Source: Camelus ferus
Lineage: Eukaryota
NCBI RefSeq assembly: GCF_009834535.1
Contig: NC_045697.1
Coordinates: 70,496,001-70,560,000 of the forward strand
Length of the DNA stretch: 64,000 nucleotides
Direction: 5' to 3'
Below the pieces are notes generated by a model. That model saw only the letters and a list, made by a program, of their open reading frames with translations. It did not search any database and was not told the DNA's origin. Within the stretch, counting starts at the first letter, position 1; every line of letters starts with the position of its first letter. A program made the position numbers and the translations under genes. This document shows, in pieces, positions 24,317 to 37,689 of the stretch.

Positions 24317-26642
24317 GATGCATGGATTTTTCAGTATCTGCAAATCAATCAATATGATACACCACATTGACAAATTGAAGAATAACCACCATATGATCAC
24401 CTCAATAGATGCAGAAGAAGCTTCTGATAAAAATTCAACATCCATTTATGAGAAAAAGCTGTCCAGAAAGTGGGCATAGAGAGAATATACCTCAACATAA
24501 TAAAGGCCATGTATGACATACCCACAGCTAACATCACACTCAGTGGTGGAAAGCTGAAAGCATTCCCTCCAAGATCAGGAACAAGACAAGGATGACCACT
24601 CTTGCCACTTTCATTCAACATAGTTTTTGAAGTATTAGCTGTAGCAATCAGAGAAGAAAAGGAAATAAAAAGAATCCAAATTGGAAAAGAAGAAGTAAAA
24701 ATGTCACTGTAGATGACATGATACTATACATAGAAAATCTTAAAGAAACTACCAGAAAACTACTATAGCTTGTCAATGAATTTGGTAAAGTTGCAGGATA
24801 CAAAGTTAATATACAGAAATCTGTTGCATTTCTATACACTAACAATGAAATATCAGAAAGAGAAATTAAGGAAACAATGCCATTTAGATTTCATCAAAAA
24901 GAATAAAAAGGTATACCTAGGGATAAACCTACCTAAGGAGGCAAAAGACCTATGCTCCCAAAACTGCAAGACACTGATAAAAGAAACTGAAGATGACACA
25001 AATAGCTGGAAAGATATTTTGTGTTCTTGAATTCAAAGAATAAATATTGTTAAAATGGCCCTACTACTCAAGGCAATATACAGATTCAATGCAGTCCCTA
25101 TCAAATTACTAATGGCATTTTTCACAGACCTGGAACAAAAAATGTTAAAACTTGTTTGGAAACACAAAAGATCCCAAATAGCCAAAACAATTTTGAGAAA
25201 GAACAGAACTGAAGGAATTATACTCCCTGACTTCAGACTATACTACAAAGTTATAAAAAGTTAATAAAGACAGCATGGTACTGGTACAAAAACAGACACA
25301 TGCCTCAGTGGAACAGGATAGAAAGCCCTGAAATAAACCCACACAATTATGGTCAATTAATCTATGACAAAGAAGGTAAGACTATTCATTAGAGAAAAGA
25401 TAATCTCTTCAATAATCGGTGCTGGGAAAACTGGACAGCTACATGTAAAAGAATGAAATTAGAGCAATCTCTACAAAAATAAACTCAAAATGGATTAAAG
25501 ACCCAAATGTAAGACCAGATACTCTAAAACTTCTAGAGGAAAACGTAGGCAGAACACTCTGATATAAATTGCAGCAATAATTTTTTTTGATCTGTCTCCT
25601 AAAGTAATGGAAATAAAGTCAAAAATAAGCAAATAGGACCTGATTAAACTTAAAAGCTTTTGCACAGCAAAGGAAACCATAAACAAAATGAAAAGACAAT
25701 TTACAGAATGGGAGAAAATATTTGCAAACCATGAGACCGACAAGGGATTAGTATCTCAAATATTCAAACAGCTCATACAACTTAATATCAAAAAGTAAAC
25801 AACCCAATTTAAAAAAATGGGTAGAACACCTAAATAGACATTTCTCCACAGATGGCCAACAGGATGAAATGATGCTCAAGATTGCTAATTATTAGAGAAG
25901 TGCAAATCAAAACTACAATGAAGTATCACCTCACATCAGTCAGAATGGCCATATCATTCAAAAATCTACAAATAATAAACTCTGGAGAGGGTGTGGAGAA
26001 AAAGGGACCCTCAGACTCTTGGTGGGAATGTAAATTGGTGCAGCCACTATGGAAAACAGTATTGAGTTTCCTTAAAAAACTAAAAATAGACTTACCATAT
26101 GATCCAGCAATCTCATCCTGGGTGCATATCTAGAGGAAACTCTAATTCAAAAAGATACATGCACCCCAATGTTCATAGCAGCACTATTTACAATATCCAA
26201 GACATGGAAGCAACCTAAATATCCATCAACAGATGAATGGGTAAAGATGTGATATTTATACACAATGAAATATTACTCAGCCATAAAAAGAATGAGATAA
26301 TGCCATTTGCAGCAACATGGATGGACCTAGAGATTATCATATTAAATGAAGTAAGTGAGACAGAGAAAGACAAATATCAAATAGTATCACTTATATGTGG
26401 AATATAAAAAAATTGATACAGATGAATTTATTTTCAAACCAGAAGTAGACTCACAGACATAGAAAACAAACTATGATTACCAAAGAGGAAAGAGGTTGTG
26501 GGGAGGGATAAATTAGGAGTTGGGATTAACATATACACACTACAGTCTATAAAGTAGATAAACACCAAGGACCTACCATATAGCACAAGGAACTATATTC
26601 AGTATCTTGTAATAACCTATCTGAAAAGGAATCTGAAAAAGA

Positions 26643-26682
<40 letters not shown>

Positions 26683-26744
26683 GTGTGTATATATATACAC
26701 ACACACGTATATATGTGTGTGTGTATATATATGTATATATATAT
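26643..26744. repeat. (TA)n/(TG)/(CA) compound microsatellite in L1 3'UTR
   Basis: Directly visible. Confidence 0.9.
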
Positions 26745-27199
26745 CTGAATCACTTTGCTGCATGCCTGAAACTAACACAACTTTGTAAATCAACTATACT
26801 TCGATTAAAAATAACCTGCTGTGTGAATGAATGAATAATAACACAAATTTTCTTCAAATACAAGTCATGAAATACTAAAAAGAATTGGCAATCATACAAT
26901 TTTCAGAGGGCCAATCTCTCAGTGATTAATTGAATATTATTCTTACCTGAGGGCCAATAGAAATATATGTGGTTATAGTTTTATGGAATAAGAAAAAATA
27001 ATGTTTGACACTAAAACACAATATAGTCGGACATAACATTGATAATTTGTAAGAAAACTGATGTTGCTATTTATAAACTTTAGTTATAATAATACTGTTT
27101 CTTTAATGTGTTTTAGTTGAAGAATATTTCACACTCTCAGGGGCTTAGAGAATAGAAAGTATATTTAAAGTTTTCAACAATGTACACTTGCACTTTATA

Positions 27200-27380
27200 A
27201 CTTTAATATTTGTTCAGTGCTTCCTATACATTCAGCTGAGTTATCACTGTTTTATACGCACTAGCTAATTTAATCTAACCAATAGGTGAGAACTATGCTA
27301 TTCCTGTTTTATAGTCGAAGAAACTGAGTTACAGAAAGCTTAAGTAACTTGCTAGTCTTAAAGCTAAACAAGCTATATGA
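27200..27380 (-). mobile_element. MIR
   Basis: attcctgttttatagtcgaagaaactgag...ttaagtaacttgc. Confidence 0.75.
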
Positions 27381-27409
27381 TATTTTATTTGACATTTTTT
27401 GGTGATTTG

Positions 27410-27990
27410 TACCTTTACGAATTTGTTTATCCACTCACCAAACAAAAATTATTGTTTGTTGATTGCTTGCTTAATTGAATACTCAGTGTTAGGCACTGGG
27501 CTAATCTCTGAGGAAACAGAAATAGTTCCCCACATTAAGGTGCATAGCAGTTCAATGTGGCATGGTAAGTGTTTTGTAGAGAGACGCACCTGGCTCTTGG
27601 TCCTGGTAAGGCTGGACAGAGGAAAGGGGAGAATCCAGAGGCTTCCAGGAGAAAATGGCACCTTACAAGACAATCAAAGTTGGCTAGATAAAGAATGGGA
27701 AGAATCGTGTTCGTATCAAGAGAGGAACTTGTGCAGAAGGACAATGGTGAGGAAGCATGGCTTATTCAGAAAATGGGAAGTCCTTAATGTGGCAGGGGCA
27801 CAGCCTGGAACGGGCAGAACAGAGAGACGTGACTCTCGACTGTGATCAACAGCAGCCAGGTTGTCAAGGGCCTCTGCTTTCGCCCTAGCAAGAGTCTGTA
27901 ACTAGCAAGAACACCAGAAGAGAGCACTCTTCTGTAGTTACCTTTAGATTTCAATAGAACAGTTCTGACCGCAGCGTGGAGGACAGCACA
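27410..27990 (-). mobile_element. L2
   Basis: ttattcactcaccaaac-like start, gtgttaggcactggg, ttagatttcaatagaacagttctg. Confidence 0.6.
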
Positions 27991-28599
27991 GTGCAGAGTG
28001 GCACCTGAAGACTGGGGTAAAGGTGAGTGCATTAGATTCCTGCCACATTGTTTGTGTTCAGATTTAATTGGAATGAGATGCTCTGCAAATTTTGAACACT
28101 TACCATCCTTTAATGCCGAAGAGCTGTGAAGTATCTGCATGTGGTAAAATATTTCAGAGATGGTCAGATCTCTCTTTTCCATCCTAGTGAGGAGGACTGG
28201 AGAAATGCGCAATACAGAGTGGTAGATAATGTCAACGAGTTAATTCTAAACTTATACATATTGATTAGATGTGTTTTTACTATTTCTGAATTTAGGAACA
28301 TCTAATGTCTTGAAAATTGATTCCCAATCAATCAGCAAAGTGGTGCCATGGAGAAACCCTGGGACAGGGTCAGGAATGTTCTACTATTCCATGCTAACGT
28401 GGCCTTTCTGTCCATCATAGCCTCCCTCCATCATATTCAATTCTGGGAATTGCTGGCTAACTTCTCAAAAGAATGCACCAAATTAGCTTTTTCTCAAACC
28501 TGTGATGAAAGTATTAAAACTTGTGATTGCCCCCAAAACAAGAGATATCAATCAGATCAGTCAGTGGTATCCATCCATGCCTTCCTCTCCATACCAGAG

Positions 28600-29430
28600 T
28601 GGGACTTGGATTTATAATTCTCTATCTGTAGCCCCAAAAACTCTGAAAAACTGAAGTGTTTTCATGGCTGGTTTGGCAGCAATACCTAACTAAACCTGAA
28701 CGCCTGTGGTCATAAACCTGACCCAAGCTGACAGAAGGCTATTTATAATCTGCATTTCACTTGGTGTGAATAGTCACACGCTTTGCTGCAAAAATATTAA
28801 AGTGTTTGACATTGTTTGGAGTGTTACATAATATTCCGAATATGCACTTTATTGCCTTTTTTAATGTTTCCTTTAATTTATTTTTTATTTTTTTATTTTG
28901 AGACCTGTAGATTCAGGTGCAGTTGTAAGAAGTAATAGATGCAATATACCCTTTACTTAGTTTTCCCCAGCTGTAACGTTTTGCATAAATACAGTACAAC
29001 ATCACAACTAGGAGACTGACACTGATAAAATCCACTGACTTTATTTGAATTTCACCAGTTTTACATACTCACTTTCGTTCCTTGAAATTTCGTGACATAC
29101 GGATTCGTGTGACCACCACCAGGGTCAGAGGCAAAACAGTTCACAAGAATCTCTTGTGCTACCCTGTTAGAGCTGCAGCCACCTCCCTCGCTATCCCTCT
29201 CCCTAACCCCTGGCAACCATGTGCATGTTCTCCATCTCTATAATTTCACCATTTCAACAATACTAGAATAATAGAATTATACATCATGCAATCTTTGGTG
29301 ACTGGTGCTACTCGCTCGGTGTAATTCTTTTGGAGACCCATACAAGTTGTTGCGTGCTTTGTCATATCTGAAAATTCTGAACTCCAAAACACATTTAGCC
29401 CAAAGGTTTCAGATAAGAGGCTGTGGAGCT
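28600..29430. mobile_element. Tigger-type MITE (MER46C-like) split by an L1 3' end
   Basis: Right end aaaattctgaactccaaaacacatttagcccaaaggtttcagataag...gtggagctg resembles the MER46C terminus; left part 28600-28862. Confidence 0.55.
28865..29358 (-). mobile_element. L1MC/MD-type 3' end
   Basis: T-rich start; tgtagattca...gcagttgtaaga...cccctggcaaccat...tctccatctctataattt. Confidence 0.8.
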
Positions 29431-30157
29431 GCCCTGAGAGTCTGCTGCTGCAGTTAGAGCCCTACCTGCTCTTTGAAAACCACCGAGGAGCTGGGCTGGC
29501 AGGACCTGAAGGGCTGCGTTCTCATCAGTGAGACATCAAAAGTCTGAAAATCATCTGAAACAGACGTTTCTGCTGTTCAGTTTGAATGCAGCTCCTGCCA
29601 CCCATGCCCACGTGACATTTGCCTCACGTTGCAGCCCAGTTATTCAGTGTTCACAGTCATCGGCCTCACTTGCCTTTGCCTGGGTTTCTCATTCTCATTG
29701 CATTCCCATTCTGGGCCTAAATTCTAATCCTAATTGGCAATCTGCTTTCCTTAGTCTTGTTTCTGTCAGCCCCTTTCCCTGGAACTGCACCTGGCTTCCT
29801 GTATCACTTACTTTACGCTCAACATGCAGCTCTGTGACTCAGGGCTCAGATTTCAGCCCTTGCCGGTCGCAGGCCTGTGTTGTGTTGTCTCTGCCACTCA
29901 CATTCCGAGAGTTGGATACAGGTCTTCCTTGGAGAGCTTCCCAGTGTGGATTTTCATCATTAGAGTGAGTTTTGATGTCAATGAAATTAAGCCTTGAGTA
30001 TAGTTACTGTTTATATTCCAAAGGAAAATTTGCCCCATTTAGGCTGTTATACAATTCAAAAGATAGTTTGGTAAATACTATAATGGAAATTGTCACTAAA
30101 TGTAATAAGATAATACTCTATTCTTGACAATTGATTTAAGCACATCTTTGAGAAGTA

Positions 30158-30158
<1 letters not shown>

Positions 30159-30192
<34 letters not shown>
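30159..30192. repeat. (GT)n(GA)n microsatellite
   Basis: Directly visible. Confidence 0.95.
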
Positions 30193-31924
30193 CTCTAAAA
30201 TGGCTAATGATGTTTAGGGCAGAGGAGACATAGCAAAATGGCCCAAGGAGGGGACTTGATCACATTTGTCCTTGCATCCCAGTTCTCTTTCCAGCTTGCT
30301 GCAATGGAAAACATCAAAATAGTCATTGTTAAAATGTCATTGTCCCGGCCAACCTTGATTAATTTATGTCTTCCTTTTGGAGAGAGCTGAACTGAAGAAG
30401 TCATTGTGGAATCATTAAGATTTTTATTCCTAGCCCTACAACTATTATAACAACACATATTTAGGTTAAAAGCAAAAACTTCATTTCTAATAATTCGTAG
30501 AATTTGTTCGGGTGAAACAATTATTTGGGAAATTTCCAGATGTTTCAATGTGTCACGTTTCCATCTGCTACCTGCTTTTGTGCAGAACAGCCTAGCATTG
30601 CTCTATGATACTTTTGGTTAGCACTGACTCGCCAAAATTTTGTTTTGGGAATATCAGTAGGGTCTGTTGATTCCCCGGAGAAAACAATTAGGAACGAAGG
30701 AAAATGAGGAAGAAAAGGTAATATCTAATCCTGACTTACTTTTCATCTAAAATATTGTCAGTCCTCTTCCCAAAGAGAGTAAGTGACATGAATTTGGAAA
30801 CTAAAAAGGAAAATAAGGGAAAAATAAAAACATATAGGGTCATGTGAGCAATCTTTTAAATATTTGTACCAAAGAAGTAGGAAACCAAGTAAGGAAGTTA
30901 TGTATTTTTTAGGGTGCATGGAAGAAAGGAGGAAAAAGAATAGACCAGTTTTCCCTCTTTAAAATGTTTTCTTTAAGTCTTTTTGTCTCAGGTATCCCCC
31001 ACCCACCCCCCTTTTTTTTTTTGACAACTGAAATTTGTCCCATTCTCCTTTTAGTCTTCTAGGGTAGCACTGCAATGAGTTTCTAGCAACAATTTTTACT
31101 TACAGTTAAAACCATTTCTCTTTATGCAAGTGCATTAGCACTGAAGAAACAGCCGTATTGATAGGACTTTGCTTTTGCTTTGTATGTCAAAACTACCTCC
31201 TGAAAAATAATTCTCATTCTACTCTGCAAATCTGCCCACAATGCAAAAAGTCATAAAATATATAAAACAAAAAGTACACAAGGAAGTGCATATATCTGAC
31301 TGGTTACCCATGATGGAATAGAGAAGTCAGCGTAAATAACATGATAAATAAAGGTTGACGGGTTTCTATTTTTTGGCCTAACTTGTAGACGTGTGCTTAT
31401 TGTGGTTATTATTAGTTTATCTCAAATATTTAAATCACCACTTCAAGGAGATCTTAGAACCTTATCATTACTGGATGCTCAGAGCAGTGGCTGGCGCTGA
31501 ATGGGTGCTGAATAAGTATTTACTGACCCAATGCATGCATGAAAAAGATCTCGGTATTTATTTTCTCTCAGTCTTTAAAAATATATTGTCTGACAGTCCC
31601 AGAACCTTGACCAAAGCAAGTATTAATTTCTGAGTTTGGAACTAAACGTTTATTTATTTTGAAAAGTGTTTAGGAATGCTTTGCTTGTGGAATTTTAGTT
31701 GCACATAATATAACATCCACGGCCTACGTTTATAGCTCCAAAAATAAAGATTTTTGCTATCTGGTTTAATTATCTAATTAGAATTCGGTAAGCTATGTAG
31801 AGGCTGCCCTTTGGGGCTCATTAAACCAGCAGGATTAGAAGCGTGGCAAGTGAAGAAAGCACATTTTCCAGTGGAGCCCGTTGTTGCTGAAAGTGGTTTG
31901 GTTACTACAATACTGCTTGCAGGA

Positions 31925-32340
31925 GAGAGCGGCCTTGAGCCAGATGGCAGGCAGGTACACTGGGCGAGCGGAGGCGGCGGTGCGGTGCCCCGCGCGGCGG
32001 CCGGGCGGGCGGCAGATCCGCTTACAGCTCGCGGGGACGCAGCGCCCCTCGGCAGCCGCAGCGCCGTTCCGAGGGTCGATGTGCAGGGTCAGACAAGCTT
32101 AATCTTTGGGCTGGCTGACCCCACCTTCACTGAAGAAACAGGCTGACTCACAACAGCCTTTGGAGTGAAATCTTAGCTCCCATGGAACGCGAGCTTTTAC
32201 TGTTGCTGCTGCTGCAGTGTCTGCTCCGAATGCTGGGAATTCAAGCGTTTAAATCTACAGGGCCTTCGGTTTAAATCGTTCTACCAGCTTGAAAATCTCA
32301 CAGTTGTTAAAAGAAAAAGGGAGTAGGGTGAGTCAATCAT
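31925..32340. promoter_or_regulatory. CpG micro-island; candidate enhancer or alternative promoter
   Basis: About 23 CpGs in 31964-32080; CTCF-like CAGCGCCCCTCGGCAGCCG (32040-32058); AP-1 sites at 32144 and 32329. Confidence 0.6.
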
Positions 32341-33194
32341 ATAGAGCCACAAGCCCTTCACACGGAGTTTTGCTGTTCAGGGAATCATACTAATTTGCAA
32401 ACAACGCACAGCCTGGGTTTACTAAACTGAGACTTTTGTGATTTTGTTCTGTTTTAAACTTGCCCTGATAGCCGTGCCATGAATTTCTTAACCAGAAAAC
32501 AAAAGAGGTATTTTGCACCTTGATGTAAAATGCCCACGTCTTGATATCTTCACAATGTGCAAATCTCTTAACAAAAGGCTAGCTCCAGGATGCTGTTAAT
32601 GCTTACTATCTGCGAAACCACTGAGTTGTCAACATAGCTTGTTCCAAGTGGTTGGATTATAAAAATCCAGGAGAGATTTGTCATTTTGATGCTCCTGACT
32701 ATGTGGTATGTAGTTCTAGGAAGGTTCTTTTCATCATTTGAAATGGTTTTGTTTAGTCAGACCCTTCCAAAAATGAAATGCATTTCCATGTGAATTTATT
32801 GGGGTTTGCAGCCCTACTCTACTCCTGCCCGCCTCCTTGATTTTGGCTCTACTCATAGTTCATTTTATTGGTTTTTGGCAAGTTGCTGAGGGCATATGTT
32901 TTGGACTGTTCTTGCCTGATTTGTGAGATTCTGCTGACATTCAGGAAAGTGCCGCAAAAACCTGTTGCTCATATCCAAGCCGAAGTGTTTCATGGCAAAT
33001 GCACTAGCACGGAGCTCAAGTTTCTTGACAACAAGTCTTATTTATGGAGAAACAAACGTAGGCAATATTTTGTGGGACCACACTGTTCTCTTTCTGGGAA
33101 GTAACATTTGGCATTTCTACGCAGGAGGGCAAATACTTTTTTAAACATTCTCATATTTAAGGGTGTGACGGAGGAAGTAATTCTGCTGCTGATG

Positions 33195-33390
33195 GTGATG
33201 GTAGCTACCATTTATTGAGCAGACACCATACACCAAGCAATTTGTATTGACTCATCACCACAAAATTGCCAGGGCAGTGCTGCTGTACCCATTGTGAAGA
33301 TGAAGAAACTGACGTTAAGCAGCATTTCCAGAATCTTATGGAGTGGTGAAGCTAGTATTTAAACTTCATCTTTCTGTCTCTAAAGTTTCT
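33195..33390 (-). mobile_element. MIR
   Basis: gtagctaccatttattgagc...cccattgtgaagatgaagaaactga. Confidence 0.75.
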
Positions 33391-33585
33391 GTTTTTTTTC
33401 CCCAAAAGACACCTGAGAGACAAATATTGCCCTTGATTTTGTTTAATAAAGGAAATTTTGTTCTGAAATTTCCATTCTATTTTATAACAATGATTCACTG
33501 TATACCATTTGTAGGAGTTGGTGCCATGAAGATGAAGTAATGACTAAGACACATTTCCTGTTCTTTAAGGACTCATAGACTAGAG

Positions 33586-33807
33586 CAGTGGTTGCTAACT
33601 GGCAGTGATTTTGCCCTCCCAGGGAACATTTCCCAGGATCTGGAGCCATTTTTGATTGGCACAGTGGGTGAGCATGTGTGGAGCTATTGATATCCAAAAG
33701 GTTGAGGCCAGGCATTCTGCTAAATATCTTACAAAGAACAGACAAACCCCATAACTAAGTATTATCCAGCCCAAATTTGTTAATAGTGGTGTGATTGAGA
33801 TATCATG
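33586..33807 (+). mobile_element. MER20 (hAT-Charlie MITE)
   Basis: cagtggttgctaac...gattttgccctcccaggg...gaggccagg...tgctaaatatc...tatccagcccaaa; 8-bp TSD gactagag / gtctagaa. Confidence 0.9.
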
Positions 33808-33871
33808 GTCTAGAAGAAGAAGACAAACACTGAAAACATAGTAGAATTTATGCTGTTCCTTTAATGATGGT

Positions 33872-34213
33872 GTGGTAGATTGTATTATTTGTCCAAAATA
33901 TTTGCTGTCATTCTCTACTGGGACCTCTGTGTGGGAGAATTATACCTCTTGCCCCATTTATACCAGACATGGCCCTTTAACTTGCTTTGACCAATAAAAT
34001 ATGGGTGGAAACTTAAAGAGCCATTGTGTCACAAGACCTTTAAGTTTCAGGCAGGGGCTCCTTCATCTGGGACCTCAAATGAAGACAACATGCAGTAAGA
34101 TGCAGTTACTCCAAAGACTGGAATTATAAGCAAGACATAACCTTTGTTGAATGCTAATGAGATTTTGAGATTGTTTGTTACTGTAGCGTAACTTAGTCCA
34201 TACTGGCTAATAT
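33872..34213 (+). mobile_element. MaLR LTR (MLT1G/H-like)
   Basis: tgtggtagattg...acttgctttgaccaat...ttgtttgttactgtagcgtaactta...ctggctaata. Confidence 0.75.
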
Positions 34214-34299
34214 GGGTGTGGTTAATATTTCAACAGGTAAGGATGAGGTGGGATTGTAGTTGGAGAATAACCCAAAAGAAAAGACTGGAGCCAAGATAT

Positions 34300-34920
34300 G
34301 CCAGCTGACAAAAGGTAAATTTTAATTTTATGTGTGGAAAGTTTAGTAGGAGTGAGAAGGAAGATTAATTCTGAGAGCAGAGGGAAAGATTATTCAGAAA
34401 GGGACAGATACAGGGGCCCAGAAGTCAGTTAGGCTAAAACGGTAGTAGTCCAACAAGACAAGCAGGAGCCTGAACATGGGCAGGGTCCTTGTAAATAAAA
34501 AGTTGGAAGCTTATGAAAGAATGGGGAAAAAATGATTGAGGCTGAAAATTTATTTAGTATGTATGATGAGAAGATGATTCCAAGAAGATATCAAGATTTT
34601 GAGTGATTGTCTTGGAAAATGGTGTCACACAAGCACACATTTTTGGAATGAATATAATAAATCACTTCCAGAGTGATGGGCTTGTCCAGTCGAAGTTGCT
34701 CAGAGGCAGTTGGCTGTGAGAGTCGTGACAGTGGGAATTCTGATGTGATTTACATAGTTGGGCATCATCCTTGTATAAGGATGCAACTTGGACAACATTA
34801 CCTAGGGGTATTGACTGAACCAAAGGAGAAGCTTAAGGGGAAAGGAGTTGGGGTTTGGGACAAAATGAGCCTGATGGGAGGAATGTCAGACATTCAAGTG
34901 GAAATGTTGCCAGGCTGCAG
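34300..34920 (-). mobile_element. L2
   Basis: gtagtagtccaa...agcctgaac...tcaagattttgag...gacattcaagtggaaatgtt. Confidence 0.55.
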
Positions 34921-37689
34921 CTGAGGGAGCTGTGTTTGGATCTCACAGAGGTAATTAAGAGTGTAAGAAGGCAAATTAATGCCTATTCCTTGGTTAACTG
35001 TGAATAGATACTTAAATGCCTTTGCTATTATTCTGAAGCAGTTAAGCTTTGGTTTAAAAAAAAAAGTAGTACACAGATATAAGGTCAGGAATTTACAAAT
35101 GCTCACAATGAAAGTGTAAGTTTGAAGTTTTCCTCAGTGTAAAACTGAAAACCAGGATACCAGTAGCACTTACTTGAAAAAAACTTGCACTTGGAAGCTT
35201 ATAAGTTTAAAGTTCATTATGTTTTTGCTATACCTACCAGTTAGAAATGTAGTTACTTCATTCTTTTTTATTAGTTATATCTTTAAGTAAAAATTTTTCT
35301 TCATCTGATTATGATCTATTAATCTTCCTTCTCAGTTTCCACATTGCAGGGCATCCCAACTAGCAGAAGATCACAACCGTACCTGAAGGTCTGAACTTCT
35401 TGTCCCTACCCTTCTCCACCCCTGCCAGGGTTCCAAGACAATACACCCTTTAGTTTTGAAGTTTTGCCAAGGCAGGTCGATGGATGAAATAGGTTGGCAA
35501 TATGCTGCGTTTCCTAAGAACAAGTCAGATCACCACCGACCTCTCTTCCTCCTCTGACTTTACATTTCAGTATGTTAGGATCCTGGGACATCATGGTAGA
35601 GAAATATCTACCCAATGGTCCACCATCAACCTGCTGGTGGCTGCAGGAGTTAGACAGAGTGCTTGGGAGAAGTCACAGGATGCATGAGATAGGAGAGAAA
35701 GCATTAAGCAGGCTGGTGTTAAATATTACTCATCTCTGTGAGGATAGAACCTGCAGTCTTCTGAAAGCAGCACTAACCTGAGTGATTTCATCTGGAATAA
35801 TAATGTCCTTTCATTTCTCACCTAATCTGTTTGTTATTTTGTATTGACTTTAAGTAAAGAGTTTAGGGCCTTTCTCAGCTTTGGAGAGTTTAGGACATAG
35901 TCCTCTTTCAAGCATTTATCAAATTTTATAAAATTAGGCTAGTCCTTTGGAGATCTTGCAGTTTACACCAGAGAATGTTGGTTTATCCTTTATTTTCTGT
36001 GCCTAAGCATTCTCATTATCATCAGTGAAACATCCCCTCTGATTGCACAGTAAATTGAAATTGTGGAGTTAAGTGATGAAGCCTCGTGTTTCCAGGTGCT
36101 CAAGGTTCAGCCTTTATCAGGAGCCCAGCATCCGCATGTCCCCACTGAAGTGACCCACATTTTGCTTCATGTTCCTGACCTTTCCTTTCTATCTCTTTGG
36201 ACGTTTTGTACACATTGTCACATATATGGCGGCTCCTTGGCATTAGTGGCAGACTGCTAATCTGATTAGTTCATCACTGGAATAGATTACTGGGAGGTGC
36301 CATCTGAATGGGCTTTTCTCCAGGGTTGTGTATTTCCCTGTTATTGCAGGCCTTCTGGAGACACAAAGACTTAACCCAAATAACTTTCATCAGCAGAATA
36401 ATGTTCAGGAAAATGGAGAAGATATTTTTTGAGAAGCCTTTAGACCTCCTTTTAATTATACCACGTTAGTGATCAGCGACTTTGCCTCTCCACTCTGTAT
36501 GCGTGAAAAATAATCACTGAATGCCATTTGGACGTGCGCTGAGCAGAGATGAAGCCAGGGCCCATAATTCATACTGTGGCATCTTAATTCATGATTAGAG
36601 ATAATCAAATGATTTAGCTTTAAGCAATTTTCTAGATTCAAATTCTTCCATCATAATTCACATTATAAAAACCTTCTGAAGAAACTGAATAATTCACAAG
36701 ATTCAGTTAAGATAGATGGGGAGAAGCATTGGGGTAGGTCCTGGTGAGGAGTGTGGAGTCTCTAACCTTGTGATTTGCTTAGCACTCATCACTGCTTCTG
36801 CTTCTCTGCCCTGGCAGCACAGAAGAGATGATATGGCAAGTCTGTCTGTAAAAGGCATGGGAGTGAGGTACTGATGTACCGCTGTTGTGCTTAGAATGAA
36901 ACTAGGGATAATGTGGGTGGGGAGATGAGGAAGAGAAAGATAAAAGGGCTGAGGTTCAGACATCAAAGGGATATGCCCCTTCCATTCAAGAATTAGTCTT
37001 GGGCTGAAAAATGCCTGGAGCCAAAGACTGAGGATAGGGCTATGGTGAAAACATCCAACAAATGCCAGGAGCGGGGATGGGATGGAGGAACCCTGGGTAA
37101 CTCCCTGTATGTGGTGGTGTCACTATGGGAGGAGATCCACTCTTTACCTGCGCTTTGGGGCTTCATGAGGTTCCCCCATGAGCAGGCATCCTTGCAATAC
37201 GTAGACACTACATATCCTTGGACATCTAACAGCCAGAAGAGGGGCTCCAGGCTCCATATTTTGGAAGCCAGAAGGGATAGAAGGAAGTATATACTTCTGC
37301 TGTCTACAGATGAGGAAATGGGATTGGATACATTAACTTACCCAAGTTCCCACCGAAAGAGAGTTAGTAATTTGCGCAATGTGGTTTTCAACTTCACAGC
37401 TGGGGCTTTCTGCATTTATTCTGTTTTGTTAAAATTTCAGACAATACCAGCACTGCAAATACCAAAGTACAGCCAGAGGTCCTCTTTTTGTATCTTCTCT
37501 GTTCTCAGCTGCACATATGTTCTGGGTCCCTCTTGTGGTGGCTGGGATGCACTAGGCAAAGATGTTGTACTGAAGGGTCCACAGGGAGGTCTTAAGTCCT
37601 CAGATTAGCTGGATGAGTGAGGTGTTTTCTTACCATGCTAACAACTCCCAAGTTGAGAGAATTTATACCGTGGTCTGGGAGTAAAGCAG

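Larger units (their letters stand above)
22365..26810 (+). mobile_element. 5'-truncated L1 (ORF2 RT to 3'UTR), interrupted at 22516-24316
   Basis: KENYRPISLMNIDAKILNKILAN at 22372+; [19 protein letters not shown] and WWECKLVQPLWK motifs; diverged TSD aaaaaaacttgatgtgt / aaaataacctgctgtgt (14/17). Confidence 0.95.

Noticed and set aside
24397..26133. ORFs resembling database 'hypothetical proteins'
   Set aside because: Sense and antisense fragments of L1 ORF2.
27399..28212. 148 aa and 142 aa ORFs
   Set aside because: Overlap decayed L2 sequence; chance ORFs.
37042..37608. Longest ORF in the track (188 aa)
   Set aside because: Runs across L2- and MIR-like fragments; no domain or exon structure.
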